Source: an uncultured virus (IMG/VR IMGVR_UViG_3300022689_000310) (Duplodnaviria > Heunggongvirae > Uroviricota > Caudoviricetes). Taken from it: 55,403 bases of DNA. This document shows, piece by piece, positions 46,271-55,403 of this stretch. The position numbers and the translations under genes are program-made. The DNA is taken from IMG/VR virus record IMGVR_UViG_3300022689_000310. One strand, written 5' to 3'. Position 1 is the first letter of the stretch. Each line of letters begins with the position of its first letter. The notes below the pieces were generated by a model, which saw nothing but the letters and a program-made list of their open reading frames with translations, was not told where the DNA came from and searched no databases.

Positions 46271-46398
46271 AACTAATTTCAGTATAACAGTTGAGTTTCT
46301 GAACTGAATCTTTTAAAGTTTGGGGAGGTTTACAGAGGGAATCAAATCCCTCTGTAAGTTTGGTAGATTTCTAAAAGTAACCCAACCTCTTTTATTTT

Positions 46399-46560
46399 TT
46401 AATTTGGAGGATAAACTATAGGATCTTCATCATCATAGTTATAAGAAGATTTAGAGTCGGTATCTTTAGAATCATATTGTGGTTCTAACCATACCATTGG
46501 ATCTCCATCTTCACTGTATAAAGTATTTTCTTCTTTTCTTTCTTTCTCATTTTCATTCAT
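46399..46560 (-). CDS. 53-aa acidic peptide (not in ORF track)
   Basis: AAGGAGA SD then MNENEKERKEENTLYSEDGDPMVWLEPQYDSKDTDSKSSYNYDDEDPIVYPPN; a hairpin follows at 46329-46357. Confidence 0.55.
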   Translation of the reverse strand: MNENEKERKEENTLYSEDGDPMVWLEPQYDSKDTDSKSSYNYDDEDPIVYPPN

Positions 46561-47336
46561 GTTTTTATCTCCTTTTCTTTATTATCTAGCTGAATAGACT
46601 ACCAATTATTTATATATCACTGTTTGAATGGTTGAAAGATTATATAAGATTCCTTCCATATTGTACTTACTTACCTTTTAAGTTTATAATTACATATTAA
46701 GATTTAATTTTTATATCTACACTATAACGTTTTTTATCTAAGCACCTATTATTTACTCTTAAGAGTAACAATTATTATATATATATATATAATCAATCTT
46801 CTGATAGTTATATTATAAGTTTGTATATAAATCTAGGGAGTAATGTAAAATACTTAATAATTATTTAGTAATCATTATTTTCTTTTCTTGAAATCCAGAA
46901 GGTAAAGTACTATCTTCATCATAGTAATCCTTAATTATTCTTTCATTAGATAATCTTAATATTCTTCTAGCTATTAAGATATCTTCATTTGTATTTAGAT
47001 GCCAATTTATTTTAGTTGGACTTAATATTCTACTTCTACTACTTCTCAAATTTTTATTAAATTTATTATTTTCAATTACTTCATTACTAGATTCTTTTAA
47101 AGCACTTATTATACTATCTATATCTTTCTTTACCAAATTCTCAGAGATATTCTCATAATAATTATGTTTATTCCTATATATATAATATCCCTTATATGAT
47201 TTATTCTTTTCACCTTCTACCCATTTTATACCTTTAAATCTTCTTAGAATTATGTTTCCTTCACTATCATAAGGTATTAAGACAATTGCTATCTTCTGCA
47301 CTTCTTATTTCTCCTTATTAATTTTAGATAATAAAG

Positions 47337-47385
47337 TAAACTGCTTTATATTCAACGTTATATTTAGTGAATATAAAGCAGTTTA
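47337..47385. terminator. 18-bp perfect inverted repeat, terminator-like
   Basis: TAAACTGCTTTATATTCA-N13-TGAATATAAAGCAGTTTA, intergenic. Confidence 0.5.
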
Positions 47386-48132
47386 TTGTGGATCTATAAT
47401 TTTATAGGACTCAGGTATAAACTATCCCAATGTAGTGGTATTTTCAACTTTATCTCTATTCATTATAGGGTAAATAAAAAACTTTGTTTTCATCTATCAT
47501 TTGTTGCCATCCAGCTATAGACCATGTTACTGTAGTCTTTAATACTTCTTCCATTTGTCCTGAGTCAAATGGTTTTAATATACCTATTGCAAATCTAAAA
47601 GGTCCTACATCTTTAGGAACTTCATTCTTTACAATAACTGTAACTTTATGTCCATTAACTAGATCTTCATATTTTCTCATATGATACATATTTATACTTT
47701 CTATATTAGTTAGATCCACAATATATTTACCTACAATATCTTTACTATTTACCATTATTCATTTCTCCTTATTTATTCTTTCTAGTTTATCTCTTCATCA
47801 AGATTAATCCCCAACTATATGTTGAGGCATTTAATTATATCTTAGTTTTATCATGAACTAGTTATCATAAGCCTCGCTTCGCTCGGCACTAAATGGATAT
47901 CTAGTTAGTAGAGTATAAAAGATTGTCTTTTTCTCCGTGATTGTTTAATAACAATATTTATTATTTAGTCGACTAAATTAGTTATTTCTAATCTTCTAAT
48001 TACTTTACTATACGTATATTTACTTGAATGTATCTCTATATACATTATCTCAAATTTTCTTTATAATAGTAATTACTGAACTCAGTAGGTTCAATTTGTG
48101 AAAGTATTTGATTAGTCTTCCAATCACTCATT

Positions 48133-48813
48133 TTATAAATCAAATATAAAAGTATTATTATCTGAATTCATTCCAAGACCTATGAATATAGTTCCTGTAT
48201 TCATATAGATACATGAATAATTTAAATGATGATGACCGTGTATCAATATTTTTGGATTTAATTTCTCTACTATAGCTGTTAAAATCTCTCTTGATCCTTC
48301 ATTAGGATGAGTAATTACTCTGTTCTGAGGACAGTCATGACTTATTACAATATCTATATTCTCTTTTTCTATACACTTAATATAATCTTTATTAGTAAGT
48401 TTTTCTTCATGCCACCAATCCATTCCAGGAGTTCTACTATTTTTATCTATAGAATCAGCTCCCCCAATATATAATATCTTTTGATTATTTAATATTTCTG
48501 TATAACCTCTTGGAATATAAAATATATTCCCCCCTTTATAATCTATTTCCATATTACTTAAAGGAGTCGGTAGAGGGGAATATTTATAAGATTGAATTAC
48601 TTCATGATTTTCATGATTACCATCTATCCAGTAGATATCTATATTATTATCTATATGATTTAGATCTTTTATGAATTGTGAATATAGATATGGAAATAAC
48701 CCAAAATCTCCTACTTGTATTATTCTGTCACATTTATTCTCTTTTGCTTTTTTTATAGCTTCTTTTAATAGTTCTATTTCACCATGTATATCTCCTAAAA
48801 ATAATATTCTCAT
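48133..48813 (-). CDS. Calcineurin-like metallophosphoesterase
   Basis: GDIHG, VGDFG, DGNHE, SHDCP, HGHHH. Confidence 0.92.
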   Translation of the reverse strand: MRILFLGDIHGEIELLKEAIKKAKENKCDRIIQVGDFGLFPYLYSQFIKDLNHIDNNIDIYWIDGNHENHEVIQSYKYSPLPTPLSNMEIDYKGGNIFYIPRGYTEILNNQKILYIGGADSIDKNSRTPGMDWWHEEKLTNKDYIKCIEKENIDIVISHDCPQNRVITHPNEGSREILTAIVEKLNPKILIHGHHHLNYSCIYMNTGTIFIGLGMNSDNNTFIFDL

Positions 48814-49379
48814 TATGTTTTTCTCCTTTCCTTTAATATGAATATAAATTTTTATTATTTATTTATCTTTAAAAGCCTTCTAATTATTTTTCAATGAACT
48901 CGTTATCAAGAGCCTCGCTTCGCTCGGCGCTTAACGGGGTAACTCGTTAAAATATGTATTTATTACTCCCCTTTTAATACAATATATTATTATTATTATT
49001 TAAATATTCAAATCTTTATCATTCCAAGCATCTAAAGCTTCTTCAAATGTAGAGAAAATTAATTCATTTTCTTCTGATTCATCTGAGACCCAAAATTTTA
49101 TTTCATTCTTAATAGGTTTTATTTCAATACCCATTTGTCTTTTTTGTCCATATTTATTTCTTGCTGATGCATTTAGTAAATAATGTCTAATAGTATAATT
49201 ATTAAACATTTCTTTAACGTCTTCTGAATTCATTAAATCTTATATATCAAAGATGAATCTATTATCTTCTGATTTTATCCCTAAATCTATATAAATACTA
49301 TTATTATTAATACAAAAATATCTACATTCTTTTGTTATATACAATTAAGATAATCTATAATATTAAGTTTTTTCTTCAG

Positions 49380-49550
49380 TCTACTAATCTATTCTTCTTT
49401 TTATCTATAGAATCTACTCCTCCTATATATAATATCTTTATATCATTTATTCTTTCTTAATAACTTCTTATCTTTCTTCCATTCTACTTAATAGAGTCAG
49501 TAGAGGGTAATATTTATAAAATTCAATTACTTTAAGATTCTCATAAAATA
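49380..49550 (-). pseudogene. Fragmentary copy of the metallophosphoesterase gene
   Basis: TTTTATCTATAGAATCTACTCCTCCTATATATAATATCTT and GAGTCAGTAGAGGG..TATTTATAA resemble 48440-48482 and 48564-48602. Confidence 0.6.
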
Positions 49551-49777
49551 TATCTCCTTTCTTTAAATAGAAATATTTATTATTTAGTTGACTTTAAAAG
49601 TCTTTTTAATGAACTAGTTATCAAGAGCCTCGCTTCGCTCGGCACTCAAAGGGTATCAGGTTGAATAAATCTCTATATACTTTAATATTACTTTATTTGG
49701 CATTTAAACTAGGGTAACTGGTGATACTAATATTTTTTATATTGAAAGATCTATTCTCGAGTTAAATCTTTTCATTT

Positions 49778-49960
49778 TTAATCTTTTTTCTCTCCACTTC
49801 CATTACATTTATCACAAGTTCTCCAATCCCCTGATCTTGTTTTTACTTGACCGCTCCCATTACATCCGTCACATGGCTCTGGTGGATCACTACTATATGA
49901 ATATCTTCCTTTTCCCCTCTTACCCCCTTTACCTCCTCTTCCACTAGGCATAATTATCAC
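49778..49960 (-). CDS. Small Gly/Arg-rich protein with two CxxCxGxG motifs
   Basis: CDGCNGSG, CDKCNGSG. Confidence 0.7.
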   Translation of the reverse strand: MIIMPSGRGGKGGKRGKGRYSYSSDPPEPCDGCNGSGQVKTRSGDWRTCDKCNGSGEKKD

Positions 49961-50599
49961 CTCTTACTCTTAATAAATTAGTTACTAAAGGTCTCGCTTT
50001 GTTCTCCACTAAAAGGGTAACTAGTTGAATATTAATCCTTTTAATATATTAAGCGAAGCGAGAGTTAAGTATCGATTATTAAAATTTTATTATTTGGTTG
50101 TAATCAATATATTTTTACATTCTTTTTGTTGAATAGACCAATAAGAATTTTTATTAAAACTTATTTTACATTCTATAGTTTTATATATAGGAAAACCTAT
50201 ATATATAAGAGTTGATATTATTATTAGAATTACAATTAGTTCTATTAAAGTTAATCTTATTTCTCTCATTTATCTAACTACATATATTTACTAATCCGTT
50301 ACCATCAGTAATATCTATATCTACTTCATTTCCTAATTTCTTTTCTATTTTCTTTATCCATTCATCTTGTTCTTTTATATATACTCCAATATATAAAATG
50401 TATTTCGTATCCTTTTTTTTCTTCTCACGTATTTCATTTAAATTATAATCTTTTTCTCCCTCCTTACATATATTCTCTAATATCTCATTATATTCTTCAT
50501 TATCATGATATACTAATATTCCTAGAGGAGTTTTTTTTATTTCTATTTTCTTTTCCATAAGTATTTCTTTAATTTAATTATGTTTTTAACTGGCCTTTT

Positions 50600-50943
50600 C
50601 ATTAATTATTAAAACTATTTTAATGAAGATTTTATATATGTTGATACATTCTCACATACTTCAATATTATACCAACCAAATGCGTCATCTACTCCTGATA
50701 ATAATCTCTTCTTATCCTCTCTTGAAAGTTTCCTCATTACTTCTCCATCTATTTTGAACTCTTTATCTTCTAAATACAAATAAGTTTCTTCATCATATTA
50801 AAGTCACTATATATTTCTTCTATTGGATCTCCCTCTTTAAATATCTTATATAAAATAAAACTTACCCCTCCTTTATATACTTTAGTATTTACTCCTCCAA
50901 ACCTTAATTTACCTTCTTCCTCAATTAAAACTAATCTTCCCAT
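50600..50943 (-). pseudogene. Frameshifted, shortened paralogue of 50988..51587 (left end approximate)
   Basis: MGRLVLIEEEGKLRFGGVNTKVYKGGVSFILY...IYSDFN, then a shift to ..YLEDKEFKIDGEV. Confidence 0.6.
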
Positions 50944-50987
50944 TTCCTTTTTTCTCCTTTTACTCTATTTATTCTATTATTAAATAT

Positions 50988-51587
50988 TCAAAATGGACGT
51001 TCTATATACTCTAAAGCTTTTATACCAATATCTCTATTTTCTATAAGTTTTATTCTTTGTTTTAAGACTTTTAAATCTTGAGATCTAAACTGCCTTTTTA
51101 CTTTTCCTTTTATTTTTAATTCTTTATCTTCTACATAAAATTTACTATCTCCTATGTATATATTAAAGTCCGTATATATCCTCTTTATATCTTCTTCTTT
51201 TCTCTCTTCATATAGAATGAAACTTATTCCTTTTTCCATACTAAAGATATTCATTTGATAATAATAATCATCTTCATGTCCTTCTTCAGTATATATATTA
51301 CTTTTTATGGGTAGAAATTTATCTTCCAATTTATTCTCTTTTACTAATCTATATATCTCATAATATAATTCTGGTCTTTCCTTAAGACCTTCTTCTAATA
51401 TTCTATATACTTCTATTTGTTCTATATCTTTTAGATTTATATCTTCATCTATCTTAATTGATATTGTATCTCTATCTTTTTTATTCAGTTTTACTATATA
51501 AGGTACTATATTCCCTTTATATACTGTAGTTTTTACTAGTCCAAACCTTAAATTTTCATCCTCTTCAATTAAAACTAATCTACCCAT
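50988..51587 (-). CDS. Hypothetical protein (MGRLVLIEE family)
   Basis: 199-aa ORF with two decayed neighbouring copies. Confidence 0.65.
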   Translation of the reverse strand: MGRLVLIEEDENLRFGLVKTTVYKGNIVPYIVKLNKKDRDTISIKIDEDINLKDIEQIEVYRILEEGLKERPELYYEIYRLVKENKLEDKFLPIKSNIYTEEGHEDDYYYQMNIFSMEKGISFILYEERKEEDIKRIYTDFNIYIGDSKFYVEDKELKIKGKVKRQFRSQDLKVLKQRIKLIENRDIGIKALEYIERPF

Positions 51588-51639
51588 ATCTTTTGATCTA
51601 CTTTATTACATTTATTCTTCTAAAAGAGCACATTGATTT

Positions 51640-51915
51640 AAAAAACCCCCTTTTTCTTAAAATATAAATACTTTAAGAAAAAGGAAGATAACTAGGCTGA
51701 ATCTAAGTCTCAGACTACCTCTGAGAGGTAAGTACGTAAGTAAATAAAACCCGCTTATAAAAAGCGGGTTGTCTACCAAGTCATACGCGATATGAATCTC
51801 AGACTACCTCTGAGAGGTATTAAGAAAACCCTTTTCTCCCTTTTATAATCTTAAAAGGGAGAAAGGTTAAAAGGAAATTCACGTGCGTTTAATCTTGGAC
51901 TACCTCCAAGAGGTT
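51640..51915 (-). repeat. Array B locus 2: three more repeat units
   Basis: TCTCAGACTACCTCTGAGAGGTA at 51708 and 51797; TCTTGGACTACCTCCAAGAGGT at 51893. Confidence 0.93.
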
Positions 51916-51928
51916 TTATTAATAAAAA

Positions 51929-52347
51929 CTATTTCTTTTTTATCTTAATCAAAGTTATGTAGATAAAATATTGTTTGTTGAGAAGTAAACTGAAATACTT
52001 TAATAAAATCTCTTTTGTACGTATTACTTTTATTTCTCCTCTTATATCTTCTATTACTTCTTCATCTCTTTCTATATCTTCTTTATGTATATATATGGGT
52101 ATAATCTTAACCACTTCTCCATTTATTTTTAATTCTTTATCTTTTATATCAAAATTATATATATTAAAGTCTGTATATATTCTATTTATATCTTCTCCTT
52201 TTTTCTTTTCTTTTCTCTTCATATAAAATAAAACTTATTCCTCTTTCCATACTAAATATATTTTCTTCTTTAGTATTACTTCTTATAGGTAAAAATTTAT
52301 CTTCATCTTAAAGTTTTATTTTCTCTAATTAAAACTAATCTACCCAT
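51929..52347 (-). pseudogene. Chimeric remnant of 50988..51587 and the 3' end of 52677..53276
   Basis: MGRLVLIREN.. then a stop; patches EDKFLPI, IFSME.GISFILY, IYTDFNIY, then IIP.YIHK.DIERDEEVIED.RGEIK. Confidence 0.65.
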
Positions 52348-52676
52348 AATTTATTCTCTTTATTTAAGTATTAATGGGACCTCCACTCTAAATAAATCCC
52401 TCTTATCCAGTTCCTCACTTAGTTTATTTACTCTATATTTTTTCTCTAATAATTTATTTATTACCTCTTCATATTCATAATTTTCACTTGGCTTTCTTAT
52501 TCTTGATATATGTACTATTACACTATTTTCGTTATTTTCTGTTGCTTCTATTAGTTTATCAAGTATCTCATTTATTTTCTTTTCATTTTCAGGAGCTCTA
52601 GCATATCCTAATTCTTCAAATGCTTTAATTGCCCCTTCAATATATGCTATGTATTTTCTCATAACTTATTTTCCTC

Positions 52677-53276
52677 TTAACTGAAATATTTTAATAATAT
52701 CTCTTTTGTAGGTACTATTTTTATTTCTCCTCTTGTATCTTCTATTACTTCTTCATCTCTTTCTATATCTTTTTTATGTATATATCTAGGTATTATTTTA
52801 ACTATTTCACCATTATAGAATCCTTCAGAACTTAATATTCCTGTATCTAATCTATAATACTCTTCTACTTTTTCATCTAATCTTTCATTTATATATCTTA
52901 ATTTCTTATGTTTTTCTTCATTTAATTCATCTATTGTTCTAATAAACTTTATTAGATTTTCTAACTCTTCCTTTACAAAATAATAATAAGTATCTCCATC
53001 ACATTCTGATAAACAACAAAATCTTTTATCTAAATAAAATACGTTTTCAGATGACCATGATTTATTTATATACTGCCTTTTCAAGTAAAAACATTCTAAT
53101 CTTTCTAATACTTCTTTGAATTCTTTATTCTTACTTGTATAACTACTTGAAAAATAATCTATATAACCTATTTCTAACTGTTCAGATATCTCCCATATTG
53201 TATGTATATCTATCTCATCTTTTATCGCTTTCTCTCTATTTATTCCTTCTATTATTTCTCTTAATCTTTTCTTCAT
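52677..53276 (-). CDS. Hypothetical protein
   Basis: 199-aa ORF; C-terminus duplicated at ~51990-52110. Confidence 0.6.
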   Translation of the reverse strand: MKKRLREIIEGINREKAIKDEIDIHTIWEISEQLEIGYIDYFSSSYTSKNKEFKEVLERLECFYLKRQYINKSWSSENVFYLDKRFCCLSECDGDTYYYFVKEELENLIKFIRTIDELNEEKHKKLRYINERLDEKVEEYYRLDTGILSSEGFYNGEIVKIIPRYIHKKDIERDEEVIEDTRGEIKIVPTKEILLKYFS

Positions 53277-54554
53277 TCTAATTACTATCTTTCATTCCAT
53301 ATATTCCTTCTGATCTTAAATATTCTTCTAATTCTTTTAAATTAATAAACTTTTTATTAAATATATATTCTCCTTTATTATTTAAATATAAATAAGTTTT
53401 ATATTGAGTCATTTCTCTTGTATTATCCCATCTTAAAATAAATGTTCCTTTCTCTTCTGTTTTTTTCTTGTTATTAAAAATTTTACCTTTGTATTCATAG
53501 ATTATTGAATCTTGGTCTTCTATTGTTAAACGTAGAGGTAGATTTATTTCTTTTACCATTAATGACATTATATATTTGATATCTTCCATTCTTATTACTC
53601 CTAATAGTTGTTTATTCTTTTATTGAATTCTTCATCTGATAAACGTTCTTTATATTCAAATTCACATAAAGCATTTGGATCTTCTATGAATTGCTCTCCT
53701 GTCTTTATATTATCTTTTAGTTTACAAAAACAAGGAGAGCCCTCTATAAACCATTTTGGATAATGACTAGGTATCATTATCCAAAAACATTCATTATCTT
53801 CTTCACTTAATCTACTTATATATACACATATCCTATTTCCTTTCTTTTTAACTACTTGAGCTTTTGTTGTCTTCATGTTATTTATATCTTTAGTTCTTCC
53901 ATAAAACTTCTGATATTTAATATATCCTTAAGATTATATTTATCTTCTTTTTCTTCTGTTAGTTTTTTAAACTCTTTATACATTTGTTCCCAAATATCTC
54001 TAGTTTTTTTATGAGTATCTGAACTTTGTTCTAGTTCTTGTAATCCTACTAAAACATCTATAAGTTCATCTACCTTTATATCCTGTGTAATTTGTCTATT
54101 GTTGTCCATTACTAATATTGCTGTTAAACCTTGAATGATCCAGATTAACTTTCCTACTTCTGTTTTATTATTCATTTTATTTATTCTCCTAAATTTTTAT
54201 TAATGTCTTATATAGTTTTTTCTAAACTTTTGTTTAAGTACTAAAAAGCTGAAACTATTATAAATCCAATCCCGTATTTATCTCTTATTTCTTTATCAAT
54301 TTTATCTACTATCTCAAATATTCCAGTCCTATTAAAATCCATTTGTATATTTAGTATATATTTATATTCTTCTCCATCTAATAATTCTTCTATATCTTTT
54401 ATATTTAATTCTTTCAATATATTTAATATTGTCTGTTTTATGTAAACTTCGTTGAAATTTATACTAAAAGAATTAATCACTAGATTAAGGGATATTTTGT
54501 TCATTCTTAATATTCCTTTTAATTACCTTTTCTTTTAAAGAATTTTAATCTAGC

Positions 54555-54947
54555 TTAGAAAAATTTAATAAATTCTTCAGGTAGTTTTATATTATCTGGA
54601 ATATCTTTACTAAACAAACTAGAAATTTCTCTCTCACTATATCCTGCTAAACCGCATCCTAATTTAGTTACTAAGAATTCTAAATTAGGATTACTCTTTG
54701 CATAATTTATTAATTCATCTATTTGTTCTTTTATTTCTTTCAAACTTACTGATCTCTTTCCTTTTCTTAAGTCTTTTGTACAAATTGCATACGTATTACC
54801 TTGTTTTCCTCTAGATTGACCATATTTTGCTCCCCATTTCATTGCTATTTTTGCTGCACCTAAACCATGTCTTCCTTGTGTATTACTCCCAAATACAAAG
54901 ATTTGATTCGAAGATAACTTATTGATTACTTTAGGTGAGGGTTCCAT
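54555..54947 (-). CDS. A1S_2505-like phage protein (macro-like fold)
   Basis: IFVFGSNTQGRHGLGAA, QGNTYAI.T, FLVTKLGCGLAGY, LPEEF. Confidence 0.85.
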   Translation of the reverse strand: MEPSPKVINKLSSNQIFVFGSNTQGRHGLGAAKIAMKWGAKYGQSRGKQGNTYAICTKDLRKGKRSVSLKEIKEQIDELINYAKSNPNLEFLVTKLGCGLAGYSEREISSLFSKDIPDNIKLPEEFIKFF

Positions 54948-55403
54948 TTTTAATATTCGTCCTTTGTTTACAATAATTTAAATCTACGATAAGGATTAAA
55001 TCCAAATGCTTTTATAGTTTTATTCGGATCATAATTCTTATAGAAAGTATCTGGCCGTTGTTCATTATCATTTCCAGTAAATAAATAAGAGTTCTTATTA
55101 AAGATAAAGTTATAGAGATATTCTTTATTATTTAATATTTCATATGAAATACCACTTGATTGATGATCTACTACACTAAAACTATCACTATACCTTCCAT
55201 CTACCTCTTCTTCTCTTAATCCTTTTAATAACGGAAATACTACATTATCAACTCCTTTATATAAAACATCTTTACAATATGTGTTCTTTTTTATAACCTC
55301 TTTTAGATTATTTATATACTTTTCTAATAATAAATTATTCTCCTCATTATTATTTTCTATTAAACTTTTACAATCTGTTAATAAGTAAGAAGCTTTATTA
55401 TAA

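Noticed and set aside
1..55403. Alternative genetic code
   Set aside because: Conserved genes (argS, hisS, ligase, tnpB) are uninterrupted in the standard code, and all three stop codons end genes

Overview
Very AT-rich, gene-dense DNA with almost all genes on the minus strand. It looks like part of a large (jumbo-type) phage genome. A cyanobacterial host is suggested only by inference, from a DUF1257/Ycf35-like gene and the look of the aminoacyl-tRNA synthetases and ABC-ATPases. Recognisable genes: ArgRS, HisRS, RNase H, DRB0094-type RNA ligase, a SLOG protein, a metallophosphoesterase, several ABC/AAA ATPases, two near-identical tRNA-Ser genes, a stand-alone TnpB-like RuvC protein, and a 703-aa plus-strand protein with family-A polymerase-like motifs that carries an internal palindrome and an apparent strand-skew switch. 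The most unusual content is non-coding. (1) Two unrelated families of arrayed cassettes, each built on the minus strand as conserved hairpin + variable segment + terminator-like hairpin (5.9-6.65 kb; 27.8-28.9 kb and 51.6-51.9 kb). (2) A dispersed and tandem family of structured intergenic elements with a GCGAAGC mini-hairpin (31.8-50 kb). All family assignments come from motif recognition by eye; no database searches were run.
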